In this document: positions 14,105-30,289 of the stretch, piece by piece
How positions within the stretch are numbered: the first letter of the stretch is position 1
Layout of the letters: every line of letters begins with the position of its first letter
Origin: Eledone cirrhosa
Lineage: Eukaryota
DNA length: 64,000 nt
NCBI GenBank assembly: GCA_964016885.1
Contig: OZ024743.1
Coordinates: 195,362,001 to 195,426,000, forward strand
Direction: 5' to 3'
Notes under the pieces: generated by a model
The model's database searches: none
The model's input: only the letters and a program-made list of their open reading frames with translations
Told to the model about the DNA's origin: nothing
Position numbers and translations under genes: made by a program

Positions 14105-15133
14105 ATGGTGGCTGCCAACTCGTTTTCGAGTACGGCCACTACTTTACATCCATGTAGGATAACCCCTACCGAAGCGCTGAACGAGTGTGACTTTTCAGTC
14201 CAGCCAGCGACTTGAAACCTCTGGTACAAACACCACACCTGTGACAATCATTGACACATAGTGCTAGGCCCATGGTAGGACAATTATTGACACATAGTGC
14301 TGGGCCCATGTGAGGACAAGTGCAGAGAGATCTCCAGATATAAAGCAATGCCTGTGCCGTGAAGCTTTTATAGTGAGCAAAGGCACTGCACAAAGCCAGT
14401 CCCACTCTCTTAACCAAGATGCTATTTACCAAAAAGAAGAACAAGTCAACATCATTGGATACCATCAGGGTTGCAGGTGTTATATCAGAGTTTTCCTTCT
14501 CCTAGAATTCTGCCTTGACTAAGGCTAAAGGGGTCATCTCTCCCGGTGATTTTGGATGGCCATTGACTCTTAAGAGCTCCTTTGCCCTTTGACAGGTTTT
14601 GTTTTTAGTCCTGCAGGATGTCCAAAGTCACCCTCCTCACCAAGAAACCTTGGTGGGGTTGCCAGTTTAGTCGCCAACGACCCGACCATGAGACAGGTTG
14701 TACTGGGATACATGTTACCAGTAGCACCAACTGGTGACCTGACATACATGGTGGCTGCCAACTCGTTTTCGAGTACGGCCACTACTTTATATCCATGTAG
14801 GAGAACCCCTACCGATGCGCTGAACGACTGTGACTTTTTTAGTCCAGCCAGCGACTTGAAAACTCTGGTACAAACACTACACTTGTGACAATTATTGACA
14901 CATAGTGCTGGGCCCATGGTACCATGTGACGACAAGTGCAGAGAGATCTCCAGATATAAAGCAATGCCTGTGCTGTGAAGCTTTTATAGTGAGCAAAGGC
15001 ACTGCACAAAGCCAGCCCCACTCTCTTAACCAAGATGATATTTACCAAAAAGAAGAACAAGTCAACATCATTGGATACCATCAGGGTTGCAGGTGTTATA
15101 TCAGAGTTTTCCTTCTCTTAGAATTCTGCCTTG

Positions 15134-15135
<2 letters not shown>
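14105..15135 (-). mobile_element. Two head-to-tail copies (14105-14745 full; 14747-15135 5'-truncated) of a ~610-640-bp bipartite RTE-derived non-autonomous retroelement
   Basis: Near-identical to the rc of 33496-34118. The 3' part encodes a C2H2-like LINE C-terminus (CSVCTRVFKSLAGLKSH) and has a (TATG)n tail. The 5' part has an RTE 5'UTR-like motif CTAGGAGAAGGAAAACTCTGA. Confidence 0.75.
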
Positions 15136-15681
<546 letters not shown>

Positions 15682-16076
15682 ATTAGAAGCTGAATCATTT
15701 ACAATCGTTACTCAAGTTTCTCGTTTGTACATATATATTTGTCTGCCAGGAATATGTAATGCATAGATGCACACATATTTATTAACTTCTATTGTGAATA
15801 TTGTCTTGAAATATGAAGCACTCTTCTATTAAAATCATGTTTATATTTAAAAAATAAAGACAGTTTTAAGGATAGTATCATATAACTTGAATATTTCACA
15901 TTGCCTGTAATAAAACAGTATACATTTGAAATAGAGGACCGTTACCTGGCAATTATCTAAAGGAAAACAACGAGCGTTTCGTTGTTTGCTATAAAAATTA
16001 TTATAGTAGAAACAATTGAAAATAGAAGTAATATGTAAAACTTTTCTCCCCGCTCTTTCACACTCGCGGGCATGCT

Positions 16077-16107
<31 letters not shown>

Positions 16108-16151
16108 ACACATACACACACATACAGGCACACGTACACACACAATGAGAA

Positions 16152-16560
16152 TTTCTGATTTAGGCACAAAGCCAGCAATATTTGGGGCGGGAGAAGTCAA
16201 TTACATCGACACCAGTGCATTACTGGTGCTTTATTTTATGGATCACATAATGATGAAATGCAAAGTTAACCTTGGCGGGATTAGAACTCAGAAGATAAAG
16301 GCCTGTATCTCTATACCACAAAGCATGATGTCCAACGCACTACCGATACTGCCCATCCACCAGAATAATAATGGCGTTTCTATATTTAACACAAAGAAAA
16401 GGGGAAAATCGATTAATTCGACCTCAAATCGTTATTAGTAATATATTTTATTGACCCCGTAAGGATAAAAAACAAAGCCAAACTCGGCGGAGTTTCATCT
16501 CAGAACGTAAAGGGCCATAGCTATAGGTCGCAATGAATATTGTCAGATGCTTTACTGATA
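16152..16560 (-). mobile_element. Two diverged tRNA-derived SINE copies
   Basis: rc of the family consensus (B box GAGTTCAAATCCC; AACTTTGCCTTTCATCC...ATAAAGTACCAG; GCTGGCCTTGTGCC tail). Confidence 0.7.
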
Positions 16561-17494
16561 CTGTTTTGATATATTCACATCTTCAATGCTACACATTATT
16601 TCAAATTTTAGTTAGTTTATTATTTCTAACATCTACATCCAATATCTGCTAATTTAATTAGTGAATTTCATTAAAATTATTTCTTTTTTATATAGATCTG
16701 TACATATTCTTTGTTATTTTGATTTTATTCATACATAATAAGGAATGGATGTATATATTGATCTATATATACCTATGTATACAAATACATTTACTCGCTG
16801 GTATGTTGTTTACAATGAAAGTTTCTTAGCCGCTATATTTTTTTCCTAATAATTATTTATTTTTACATGTATATATAACGCAGTTTATTCTATAACTAAC
16901 TAAAATATCACTTCAAATTTTTTTGTTAAACTATTTAGTCGAACATACTTATGTTATCTAACTTTTAGATCATGTGTAGTTATTTTTTCGGTGTTCTAGA
17001 AGTTTATCGTGGTAATACTTTTTCTCGTACCAAATTTCTTTAATCTGCCTGTAGTTTCTTTCAGCATGATAGAGTATAAGTATTAATATATTCTTGAAAT
17101 GAAACCATATGATTTCTATGGATTGGTTTCGATACATGTTATAGGCTTACACATTTATATATTATTCTATTTTATTTTCTACGTATACCCACATTCCTAC
17201 TTTGAAATACATTATCAGTAATACTATCCATAAGATATAAGTCTACTTTTATAACTTAGTAACTTCATCGCTTTTCGTACAAGTCACTAATACCTTCGTG
17301 ATACCCCCCTTAAGTAGCTAAACTTTTTTATAAATTTTTTATTTATTTGTTATTATTTTCCTCATAATGTGATTTCTACTAGTGGATTTCTATGCGTTAT
17401 TTTGATTATAATTTATAATTAGTTATGTTTCTAAATATGCATTCGTAAGTTTTTTTTATCGAATAATAGTAATATAATGATATTATTAATATTT

Positions 17495-17685
17495 GATGGT
17501 GGATCGGCAGAATCGGTAGAGTGTCAAATGCCATGCTTTGCAGCATGGAGTTACGGCCTTTACAGTCTGAGTTAAATCCCGCCGAGGTTAACCATGCCTT
17601 TCATCCTTACTGGGTCGATAAAATAAAGTACCAGTAATGTACTGGGACAATTGCTGGCCTTGTGCCAAAAGTAGAAACAATTATT
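17495..17685 (+). mobile_element. tRNA-derived SINE (short variant)
   Basis: A-box-like GGCAGAATCGGTAG, B-box-like GAGTTAAATCCC, central GCCTTTCATCCTTAC..GTCGATAAAATAAAGTACCAG. Confidence 0.85.
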
Positions 17686-18070
17686 AATTTTCGATTAGTT
17701 TGCAAACAGCCTCATGACGCTGTGTTTTAGACCACAACAGCCATCCCTTTGTTCTAGCGGTAGCATCGACAATTGTTTCAGGTTTATTGACTCTTGTCAA
17801 GATTATGTATCACCTTTCCTGCTAAAAACTAGCATGGAATTACATTGTTTTGACGAGTTGTGGTGGACAGCGTCACAACTTCAGACTCCCCTAAGGTTGT
17901 GTTGTTCAGCAGGATATCGGTCGCTTACATCGGTGGTTGGCCCCGAGTAATTCTGGTGTGACGGCGGAAGGTGCCTAATCACCGATATATTTACTTCACC
18001 GCCTGATGAGACATGGACACCTACATTCTGAGACGTAGCATACTTAGCACATGTCTATGCTTACAAAGTA

Positions 18071-18122
<52 letters not shown>

Positions 18123-18535
18123 GCATGTATGTATGTAAATATGTGTATGTGTGTTTGTGTGTGAGTGTCTTAGTGATTATATACAAGGAAACATTTATCC
18201 TTTGCCACTCCTGGAACGTAAAAGGCCGAATTCCACGTTACTATTTGTAGTATTTATAACCTATCTTCTAATAAGGTTTCAACTAAAGTAATCAAACTAA
18301 CATTTGCGTAACAATAAGTGTCTTGTATTACAAATTATGTAATATGATAGCCTATATAACTTTGAGACATTAGCGATACTGTTTTGTGATACTGTTATAA
18401 ACATATACCAAGCTGTAAATTATATCGCATTTATAATTGTAATATTTCTCGTAATACTTATTAAATATTCACTATCTTTCAAAATGCTAATGAGATATTG
18501 GGATACATAAATCTTATATATACACACACACACAC

Positions 18536-18620
<85 letters not shown>

Positions 18621-19324
18621 CGCACGCGTATGTGTGTATGTGTTTGTTTTGTGTAAAAGTATGTATACATATATATATAAAGCGAGAGAGAGAAAGAAAG
18701 AGAGAGCGAGAGAGAGAAAGATAGAGAGAGCTAGAGTGAGAGAGAGAGAGAGATAGAGGGAGATATAGAGTTAGAGAGAGAGAGATAGATAGATAGATAG
18801 ATAAATAGAGAGAGAGAGAGAGATTTTGAATAATATGAGACAAAATAGAATTATTAATGAGATATGTTCTCAAGTGTTATATATAAAATTCACCCGTTTA
18901 AGTTCATATATGTAATACAAAAATTGAAAGCCCACATGACATTGCGGTTATCAGAAAGAATCTAATTCGTCAAATATTCATTACAAGAAATACCTGGTAT
19001 TGCAATTACATTTTTACTTTTTCATCTACTCACAAACATTCCTGATCATTTATACTAAACATTCTTAATAAAAATCTATTTTGAAATCTTTCGTGTCTGC
19101 CAATATTGTGTATTGTATTGCAGGTCATTTTAAGTTCGTATTATAGCTAACAATTGTTTTATGTGCAGATGTTCACGTAATTATTAATCAAATGTGAGCG
19201 ATGTTAGGCAAGAGGATGTATTCTAATCCGACCAAAAGAGGAAACCTCCATGTGCTTGATCATCTATAAAACAACAATATAACCACTAGATTGTATTTGA
19301 TCGCGTTAAATAACGTTAGATATT

Positions 19325-19456
19325 TTTACAGTTGAGTAAACTAGAGCAAGGTGAACATAAATTGTCTTGTTCAAAGACAGAATGCATCTCCCGGTCCGAG
19401 GATATAACTCACAACCTCCCGTTTACTAGCCTAAACTTCTAACCACTAAGCTATAC
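19325..19456 (-). mobile_element. Second tRNA-derived SINE family (CORE/V-like body), diverged
   Basis: rc GTATAGCTTAGTGGTTAG...GAGTT..TCC...TCTTTGAACAAGACAATTTA..CACCTTGCTC. Related fragments at ~6065-6180 and ~48885-48935. Confidence 0.55.
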
Positions 19457-19726
19457 AACGCCACTGGCCCCAAGCTGTATAGGCAATTGCCTTTCCCTTG
19501 GACTATATCGGTAACGTGGGAGACCGTATACATGGGTGACAGACAGCTGGTCTTTCACAAAAACATCTTGCCCAGGAATGTGCCTCGCGGGTAGGTAACG
19601 TTCCAGATGCAAACACTTGGTCAATCGTGACCGAAGAGGGCATACAATATTGGACAATTTAGCTCTTAATATAGAAAGGTACAGGATCGACGTAGCTGGA
19701 ACATCTTTAATTATATAATTAATCAG

Positions 19727-19930
19727 GGCGGTCGATTGGCGTCGGACAACATGCTTTGCAGCATAGAGTTGCGGCCCTTTATGATCTGGGTTCAAATCCC
19801 GCCGAGGTTAACTTTGCTTTCGTCCTTACGGGGTCGATAAAATAAAGTACCAGTCACGCACTCGGGTCGATTTAATCAACTTTCCCCTCCCCAAAAATTG
19901 CTAGCCGTGTTCCTATGTAAGAAACCGTTG
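19727..19930 (+). mobile_element. tRNA-derived SINE (long variant)
   Basis: GGTTCAAATCCCGCCGAGGTTAACTTTGC...GGGTCGATTTAATCAACTTTCCCCTCCCC. Confidence 0.85.
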
Positions 19931-22900
19931 TATGATTGATGTATCAGGACTTGCTTCGGAATAAACAACAGTGACATTAGCGATAACGTCAACATAAATA
20001 TTAACATTCTTCATATCACAATTTAATAAATAATCTTTAGCATCATCTTCTTATGCAAAATTATTTTCCGTAAAATAGTTTGGCTTTTTAAAATGCATTC
20101 TTATATAGGCATACTTTATACTACTTGTCTCATGTTGACAAGTTACCTCGATATTTAAATTGCCTGGATATTATACCAAATCAATGCAAAATGGAGAAAA
20201 TAACTCTCTTAAAAAGTACATTCATTAAGCTGGTTATATGATAAACGGTGTAAAACTCGTAGTATATGTTTCACTTCTACTGCTATCCTCAAGTATCACT
20301 GTTCATAATAGCATTGATGTGTCCGTAATTCGGCAAATATCAACCTTATAATTTGTTGCCAAGTGGGCGAGTAATAATCTGGAGATGATCCAACTTATCC
20401 TATTTGTTGCCTACCATCATCAACGCAACAAGCACACGCAACAAATGGAATTATAATGAGGTTACATGTTCGTTTTCAGGGGACGAAGATTTATGAATAG
20501 TATTATTTGAAAAAGAAGCAGTTTTTGACATAGGTAAACCTAAAGACAAACTTACTGTAATCTATTTGAAATATTGAGTTGATGTAAAGTTCGTCAGTTG
20601 ATACAAGTAAGCATTTAAAAGTGGCAACACACACAAATCTGTAGGAAACTGTAATGAAGTAGTTTATTCATTAAAGATCTTGTTTTAATAGGGCTACATA
20701 GCTCTACTGACTCAGAATGACATGTCTTCACATACTGCGTTGTCTGCACCCAATATATCAAGTTCATCTCGAATAATTAACATTTTTTTTATTATATTAT
20801 TTATTATAATATTAAAGTAATTAAATAAAATATATATTTCTAAGTCATATAATGTTGCCAGTATTTTTCAATAATTGCATTATTGTGTATTATTTTCATG
20901 GTATGTATTTTTGATATCTTATATCAACACCTATCATAAGTTAAATCTGATTTCTTTTAATTTCATTAAGACACTTTAACGACTTTACAACGCAGTCCTA
21001 CTGTTAGAATGTAACCCATCTTTTTTTTTTGTTACATAATTGAAAAAACATTTAGCTCAAATAAACAAAATTAGCTCAAAATTAATTAATGAAAACATTT
21101 TTTTTCTGTACTCGTCTTTGAATTTATTTGAAAGACAATGTTCGAAATTGTATTTTTATGTCATTCCGTTGTTTTCCTTTTGTTTTGTTTTTACTTTACT
21201 GCTTTCATGTTTCTTATAATCCATCGTTCATATTACTTGTGCCATTGAATTTACTCTGGACTGTATATCTTACTGAAATGGTAAATTTCCTAACTACAGG
21301 AAATAAACTTGGTTTTAGTTACAAAGCATCGATATCAATTTCAGGAATTCTATCTTCAGCAGTTTTGTAAATCAAACTGGATACTCAATGAAACAAGTAG
21401 ACAAATAGACTGATAGTATATGGCATTTAACTTTTTATCAATGGGGTTAACTGGATGGTGGCATTTATAGTTGAACAGCAACATTTAAATAATTCGTGAC
21501 TTTTTATTATCTAAAATATACATCGAAGGGCTATTATTATTATATTTCCCTAATTCGTACTCAGTTTTGTAAGTTTAAATGATATGAGGTGCTCGTATAT
21601 GACATAGTGTCCAACTTTTGTATACTACAATAGAAGTGACAAAATGTATTTCATAAAATAGATTGCTTCGATACTCGTATAGGTCGTTAAATTGAATCTT
21701 CTAAGAATTTACTAGAATGTTTCACCATTAACAACGTAATAGTATTTTGTAACCCACGTGCCATGTATTTTGCTGTTCGTGTTCTGATTATATTTGATGT
21801 TTCTGCCGTTGTGCTTCCCGTCGTTAATTTCTTTGCTTTTTTTGCAGGTGATGATAATAATGATCACCTCAAATAAGGTATCTTTTTTTCTTCCTATTCT
21901 GTTGTAAAGCATCTATATACATCGAACTGTTTCCAAAATGTGTACTCTCACTTAATATCTTTTTTTAAATGTTATTTTATATATCATCACAATTTTGCTT
22001 GCAAATGGAACATTTTTTCAATTAAACCAATGATGTTTACAATTATTATTGAAATGTCGTAGTCAATATTCGGCGCCGACTGTATTTTATAGGAAGTGCA
22101 GATATCATCCGATACCATACGATGAAATTATCGATCTTACATTGAAAATATCAAAATAGTGCATATTATCCATTTATCACATTACGACAGACGTCGTAGA
22201 AGAAAATAAAAAAAATGGTTTTAGATTATTGCTGTCAGTTCGCTTTTTACTAATGTCACTGCTATTATAATCTTGCTCTGTGATTTTATCCTTCCACTTA
22301 ACTTTCCTACCGAAAAACGTTATCCTCTCTACATGTGTCATTTGCTTACTTGTCACGCAACATATCTACCAGTCTTCAGTTTATAGTGTTTAATATAAAT
22401 AGAAAAGTCTGGTAATAGTACCAACAATATTGATGAAAGAGAAACATAATCTCATTCGTTATTTTCTTTTTTTACTTCAATACCCTCTGATCACAAAAGT
22501 AGACGTCTGAAGAGTTAATATAACCATTAGAGAGGAAGTTTCATATTGCTTATTTCAACTTTTTCCCTTATGTGATTAGATTTTGCCCAACTGTATACGT
22601 TGAGTATTTGTATTTGCTTCTCTCATCAGTAGTATTGTAGCTTTTTATCTCACTTTTCTGAATAAATTCTATTGAAATGGCTTCAAAAAGAAAGAAAAAA
22701 TAGAGGATTTGTCTATCACGACTATAAAGAAAGATGTCTCAATATTCTTTTAGTTTAAATGATTAAGTGCATTTACGCTGCCGCACTTTTTAAATTAATG
22801 TTAGTTGTTAATATTTTTCTTGTCTAGCTTCCGGTGAGCTTTGGTGGAGTAGATATATATGTTTAAAGGCTTTCCAGTAATCACCATCCCGTCTTTTACT

Positions 22901-25281
22901 ATATATAACTCAACACTGTCTGATATATCTCTTGTATATTTTTTAAATACGATAAGTGGAAATGTGAAGAAATTTGACTGTTATTTCGTACAGATAGAAA
23001 GCTCACCTAGTGGCACCATCATTGGCTTTTCGATGTTAGTTCAGTATGTAGTAGTGTAATGGGTGACAGACTTGAGAAAGAGTTAGGGAAAACTACATGC
23101 AATATTTAGATATGTCTATTTACATTCTTAAGTGAAATACTACAGAGGTCGATTTTACTTTTCCACTTATCCTGATCGATTAAATAAATACGATTTGAAA
23201 TTGAATTAGAAGATATCACCGTAACATTGTCTAAATAAAATAGTCTAATAATAACAGGATGTAAGAGTCCACTGGACGGGAAAAGATGGGCATCATCACA
23301 AAATTCGATTTAATTTAGTTCATGTTATCCAATTTATCTCCCCCACAAATAAGATGTGTATCATTGTGCCTATTTTAAAAGTTATTATGTTTTCTAGATT
23401 GATATACATTGAGTTCTAATGTTGGCACATGATCAGCAAATTTGGGGGAAAGGGTGAGATTGATTAAATTAACGCTTGTAATTGATTAGTACTTTATTTT
23501 ATCGACATCAGAATAAGGAAACGTAAATTTGAATGTGATGGAATTTGAACTCATATTTCAAAATCATTAGATGGAAATTGTATCAGAATAAAATTAATAT
23601 TAGTTCGCACTAGAAACTGTTATTAATTTACGAAATTGAAACCACTTTTTTGTTTTGAAATTATTATATTTGCCCTTCAAATATATTTTCTCCTAAGGCA
23701 GAATATATTTTACTTTGTTCCCTAAAACAAATAAGTTCAAAATCTGGCCCTCGAAAGTTTATTTGTAGTAGCAGTAGTATTTCATGTTTTTTAAATGTTA
23801 TTCTAATTATCTCATATGGTGATAAATGGTTTAAATCGCGAGCAAATTAACGGTTCTGTATGAGTTTAAATAAGAGTTGTTCTCTTATAACTTTGGGGTA
23901 ATAGTAACATAATTTTCTTATGCTATGATATATACATTAAAAGGCAAATATTCTTCTCCATCTGTTGTTATATGATTTGCAATAAGAAGAACATGCAGCC
24001 AATAAATCCTTCATGATATTTGAAGACTCACTTTACTTACGACGGTGAAATATATTAACGCAGCATAACTCCAGAAACTAGTCGGGCAAAACTAGACGTT
24101 GAAATGGAAAAGCACAAGTTTGAGAAATTCTATACTGCTACTGGGCTTGCAGCAACATCTCCCTGTAAGCACACCATCAAAACAAATGAAGGAAATATTG
24201 TATTGGTTAACGAAATCCGAGATATAATCTATAGAAATAAGAAACAATGGTCATGGTTGGAACGATTTGAACATAAGTCTGAGTTACCAGAACAGAGCTA
24301 AAAATAAGCCACAAAGGAAACGTCACATTTCTGCTTATCATCTAACATATAATAGTGTATAGGCGATATTTCAAACCCTAGCATTTGCTAATTTATCAAT
24401 TATACTCGCATAAACAGATTAAAGCAATGACATAATTAAACATTATTAAAGAGGAGCGTTATACAATCCTCCAAATCAATATTATAATCTAATGCAGCAT
24501 ATCTATTATGTTTAATATGTAACATCCATGCATTGCTTTCATTTGTCTGATATGGAAGTTTATCAAACGCTATGCCTGATTTCATGTCTCAGCTATTGAT
24601 GCCGAATTTAAACACTATTTCTTCGCTTATCATATATTCTGGGTCATTAAATTCATAAGAGGTTTTATCTGCAATTTATGGTGAACTTATTAAATTTAGA
24701 ATTAGTTTCACCTACTTATGGAGTGCAAAGAAATTTGAATTGGACCATTAAATTCTATATATGTAACTGCATCTATTGCGAGCATCTTCAGAATATAACC
24801 AAACTTAATACAAACATCACCAATTTTCATGACGTAGGTAGTTGGTAAGAATTATAGTGGCGATGACGATTTGAGTAGGTCGACGACAACATTGGCAACT
24901 ACGTCGGTGATGATAAGTACGATGACAATGATGATGAGTACAGCGACGACGACGACAATTGCAATGTTATTGAGAATGTTGATGAAGATGATGATGAAAA
25001 TGACTACGATTACAATGAGGAAAATAATGAATACAACGACGACGAAGAGATGATGATAACAAGTTCACTGTTGATGTTAATGCTAATGTTATATTTCAAA
25101 TATATAATATTTAGATGTATTTTGAATTAGTATATTGTAAAATGCATTTACAAACTGTTGAAATGAAATTTTAAATGTTGCTGTATATTACAAGATGTTC
25201 TTGATAGCTTGCTATTCGGGGTGTTTCATTAACAATTTTATAAACCACAAACTCTCCACTGACACATACGTACAGAAAAGT

Positions 25282-25522
<241 letters not shown>

Positions 25523-25524
25523 AA

Positions 25525-25635
25525 CCGGGTGTTCCAAAAAATAAATGTATACCCACTTTCATTACCTGTACAGGCAATATTTATTAAAGTGTTGTTGAAG
25601 TTTGTAACTTTGTATACATTTTTTGGAACAACCTG
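25525..25635. mobile_element. Tc1/mariner-type MITE (~110 bp)
   Basis: Imperfect TIRs CCGGGTGTTCCAAAAAA...TGTATAC / GTATACATTTTTTGGAACAACCTG followed by TA. Confidence 0.6.
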
Positions 25636-27572
25636 TATATATGTGTATATATATATATATATTTATGTATATATATATTCTTGTATTAGATTAATTGGAA
25701 TAGATGTGGGCAGGGTTGGGGGTTTATTTAGCTAAGTTATGTTAGTGTGTTCTTGCAACAACATAGGTTTTACGACAAAATCTGCATTGGTGTTAGTACC
25801 ATCATCAGGTCAGGGATGAAAAGAAAAATCCATATCCTTCACCAAATTCGTCTGGATATTCTGGTTTGAAAAATCTCATTTCTATAACAAGTAGTATTGT
25901 AGATAAAAATAATCCATACTTCAACGGATCTTAAAAGAGCAAGCATCGAAGGGCAGAAACTAGCGCCAACTCTCAACATCAGACTGGATTATGTAGATTG
26001 ATCGATGGCTAGGGTCAAATATGTCAAACGTGTTAGACTATATATAATTCATTCCTTAATGACGCCATTTGCCAAAACATGTGTTTTTTCTCTGAAGACC
26101 GACACTGTAAACGCAAATCCCGTGTTGTTTTGTATGTAAGGGCGTTTAACAGTATAATTATGTTTAGATTGTGAACTTCTCATTTCAATAAAAGAACTTT
26201 CATGTTTTAACTCTATGATTAGTTTTGAAGACTATGTATCGGAAAACAGCAAGCGCCATTATTAGTGTGATTGTAAATCTTTATTCAGGCATGTACAATC
26301 GTAATTCTAATGTAATTTACTTGTAGTCATATCTTCATAAATCTTCAAAAAAACATTATCAAGTATTGTTCTTTTCAACGGAAAGTTGTCATTTGTATAA
26401 TGAATTTCATTATCTAGAATATCTGCTAATTACCAAAGTTTTCTTTGTCTGTAAATAATAAAAAGACATCAAAATATCATTGGTGTAAATTCCAGTAGAA
26501 TACAAAGGTAACTGACAAAGGAATAATGTATTGTTCGATATAAAATGAGTCTCAAATAGAAGTTCAGTAATAACTGACTTCAATGTAAAATGAACCTTCA
26601 TTTGCTTTTATATTCAGATGCATTTTCCTACAATACCTAGACTAATATAACGCAGCAAGGATATAGAAAAAACAACAACAAAAAAAACAAGCAATTAATC
26701 AACTGAATTAATGCCTTCTCAAAATTGATTGTGATGTTATTACTGTAAGTTATAGGATTATCTTTCTTGTAACATCAAGTTTGGAAAATATCATCTGGTT
26801 GACTCTGGCTGCAAATGTGTTGTTTGCATCTAAGTTGAAATGAGCTGTGCTGCGTTGGTAGGTTTAGTGGGTTTAGGACATGTCTACTTTTCAATAAAGA
26901 ATTTCAATTATTCAATAAAGCAGAATAGACTTCAGCATTTGTCAGAATAGAAAGTTTGGAGTTGCTGCTTTTGCACAAAAATATATTTCACCAGAAACGT
27001 TGTCAAACACATGATTCTAATGAATATGGTTCTCTTCTGTTGTGCCCTTCAACTAACTGTACATCAACTGTATAACCTCAAGAAAAACAGGCGCATGAGA
27101 TTATATATATCGCTTAATGTGCAGTCGACAGGGAACAGATAATTTTCTATGAAATGTCATGATCAGAAAATATTTGATGCTGAAGCAATGACTTAGAATT
27201 TAATGTTCTATATTTAGAGGGGTGGACGTATATACATATTATACGGTGCTGTAATGACTATAGATAAGTGAGATATAAATGTGGAACCACTTTTGACAGT
27301 GTTTCAAGCAGTTGATGGTTGACGAGTATTGCACAGTTCTTAATATGCAGCTGCAACAAAATAAATTAATCCAATTTTTCAATTGTTACACCCAATCCGT
27401 TCTACCAGCTTTTAATTTCGATATATTTGCGATTAATACAATAGTATATAGTTTCTCTCTAAACAGATTGCCTATTTAAAGATAAGTGCTATCTTCGTTG
27501 ACGACAGTATATATGAATAAACGCAATTCGAGGAAGATTATTTCAGTGAGATATTTCGTTTTTATAACTGCG

Positions 27573-27763
27573 CGGTGGATTGGCAGTATTGGTAGAAGGT
27601 CGGACGCCATGCTTTGACGCATAGAGTTACGGCCCTTGCCATTCTGAGTTCAAATCCTGCCGAGGTTAACTTTGCCTTTCATCCTTACGGAGTCGATAAA
27701 ATAAAGTACCAGTAATGAACTGGGTAATTGCTGGCCTTGTGCCAAAAAGTAGAAACAATTATT
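27573..27763 (+). mobile_element. tRNA-derived SINE (short variant)
   Basis: Matches the family consensus, including A and B boxes. Confidence 0.87.
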
Positions 27764-27842
27764 TCTACCTATAATATATATATATATATATATATGTATG
27801 TATTTATATATATATATATTTATATATATATATATATATTTA

Positions 27843-27873
<31 letters not shown>

Positions 27874-27886
27874 TTATTATTATTAC

Positions 27887-27923
<37 letters not shown>

Positions 27924-28694
27924 TTGTGTGTACATATATATATACTTATATTACTTTTTATTTTATTTCTATTGTTCTGAATTTAATTTCCTGTCAGTTA
28001 TTATATAACATGGTATTGTTTATTCCAGATAAAGTCTCCGATGAAATCATTAGAGAACGCTATTTTTTAATACGTTCCCACTCTTTCACCTGTGTTGTAT
28101 TTGTCTTTCGTGATTAACGCACACTGCATAATAATTTTGCATTCAGCTTCCGTTCTTGGCTTAACACCATGAAGAATGTTTGAAGAAAATATCTTATTGC
28201 TTTGAATTGCGTCGTCCCCATTGTTTCCGATCCATGTTAACCCTTACAATCTGATACATTATGAATAAGAAATTAGGTTTTTTCAACTGTTTCCGTGTTC
28301 GATAATTCAGAAATTTTTAGGTGACTTTTTTTTGTGTGTGTTTCGCTTAATATAGTTAAAGTTATTGTTTCTCAGTAACTTGTTAAATAAAATCTAGTCT
28401 GATGATGAATCGATGTATCTTCGAGATAAATTATGCACAAGTGTGTATGTCTGTTGGAATACTTATGACGTACAAGGCTCTCCTAGAATCTGCATTGTTC
28501 GAACTTTACCTAAGATATCACCAAAACAACTTTGAGTAATTAATAACATTACAGATAAAATACTTCATTGCAGACATTGCTTGAGTGGGTTGACAACTCC
28601 ATATAGATGCACATTTCACATTATAAATTATGCAAAGCAGCGGCAGAGCAACACCAATCCCCACAACCACCCCACAATACTACTCCGAATACCA

Positions 28695-28808
<114 letters not shown>

Positions 28809-29336
28809 AATGTTGCAATGTTTGTGATTATTATGCAATATTTATTAGTATCATTTACCTGGCAGTCTAAAGCAAGTTTCTATTTACCTGGTATTTCAGA
28901 CGAATAGCCAGAAGCAGTTGGATATATTAACCATATTTACGTCTGAAAGAAAATAAACGTCTACTGGTTGTATCTATTTTTACATTCGTTTTTATTTTTT
29001 TTTCCCAAATAATAATTGTTAGATTATATAAGAAAAAACGTTATAAGCATTAGCATGTGAACGAATGATACCTTATTACTCGTGCGTAAGTTCCAGGTGT
29101 CCCAACGTTACGAAAGTATCTATCTGCCTTTAATACAGACACATTTTCTAGCTATCTCTACATGGTTAATGAACATGCTAGAAAGCCACATTCTTTTAAA
29201 AATATATAATAGATAACGGCACGTTGGATGATGTATTCTTGTCTAAGGATTTGTCATACCTCTTTAGAACCTGCTTCATTAGAACTGGCCTGTGAGCAAA
29301 CAACAGCATTAAAAACATCATAGTATGACAGGTTTT

Positions 29337-29386
<50 letters not shown>

Positions 29387-29445
29387 GATGGTGGTGGTGG
29401 TGTTGATGGTGGTGTTGATGATGGTTGGGTGATGGTTGGGTGATG

Positions 29446-29476
<31 letters not shown>

Positions 29477-30289
29477 CAGTAGCAGTAGTAGTAGTAGTAG
29501 TAGTGGTGGTGGTGTGGGATTTATCGTGACAAGGTATACTTCTCACAATCTAATATCTGAATTACTTTGTTTTCCAAAGTTTTATGACTTTTACTGTGTC
29601 AGTTTTATTTATTTTTTTTTTTTTTGTTCGATTTAATACACCGAAATTCTTTAAAATAAATGTTTTTGCCCAAACTGTGCGAAAAGGAAGACATTTTTCA
29701 ACATTTATTCTCTTACCTGACATTCTATACAACTTCTCAGTTTGAAAAGCCCTCTCAAACAAAAGCCTAGACAGCTGCTGCACAGAAAACACGAGAACAC
29801 ACAAAGACAAAACAAAAATGAATAAAAATATTTGTGAAGCAAAACAAACATTTTGAATCAAAAATCATGTTTTTGACTGATTTTATTTGCGAGTGAAAGC
29901 GATGTTGATGATTACAATAAAATCAACGACAAAAAATACAACTGTGTACAGATCGCCTTGCAAATGTCGCACCTAATAAGAAGATTTTTAAATATAGATG
30001 AGATTTAGTAACATAAACAAATGTGGCAATAGCGGAGAAGAGGATATTCTGCCTCCTTGTTGAAGAGCGGTAAAAATGAAAATTGATATACTTCTGTTAG
30101 TGGACATGTTATAGCATTTGTATGGACAAAATGAAGAAGGTTTTGATCGAGCATAGCTTAACAACTACCTGGATTACAGACACAAATGCCGGGCATAACA
30201 TATATTTTTATAACTGTTTTGTGCATTTTTATTTTATTTATATGTAGTTAATCTGTTTATATGGATGATGTACGTATGTATATATGTAT

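Noticed and set aside
17995-18056. Other CTGATGA-type motifs (also 5927, 11235, 25800, 28399, 33408, 39328, 44515)
   Set aside because: Each lacks a correctly placed GAAA or pairing stems. They may be old relics but are not supportable.
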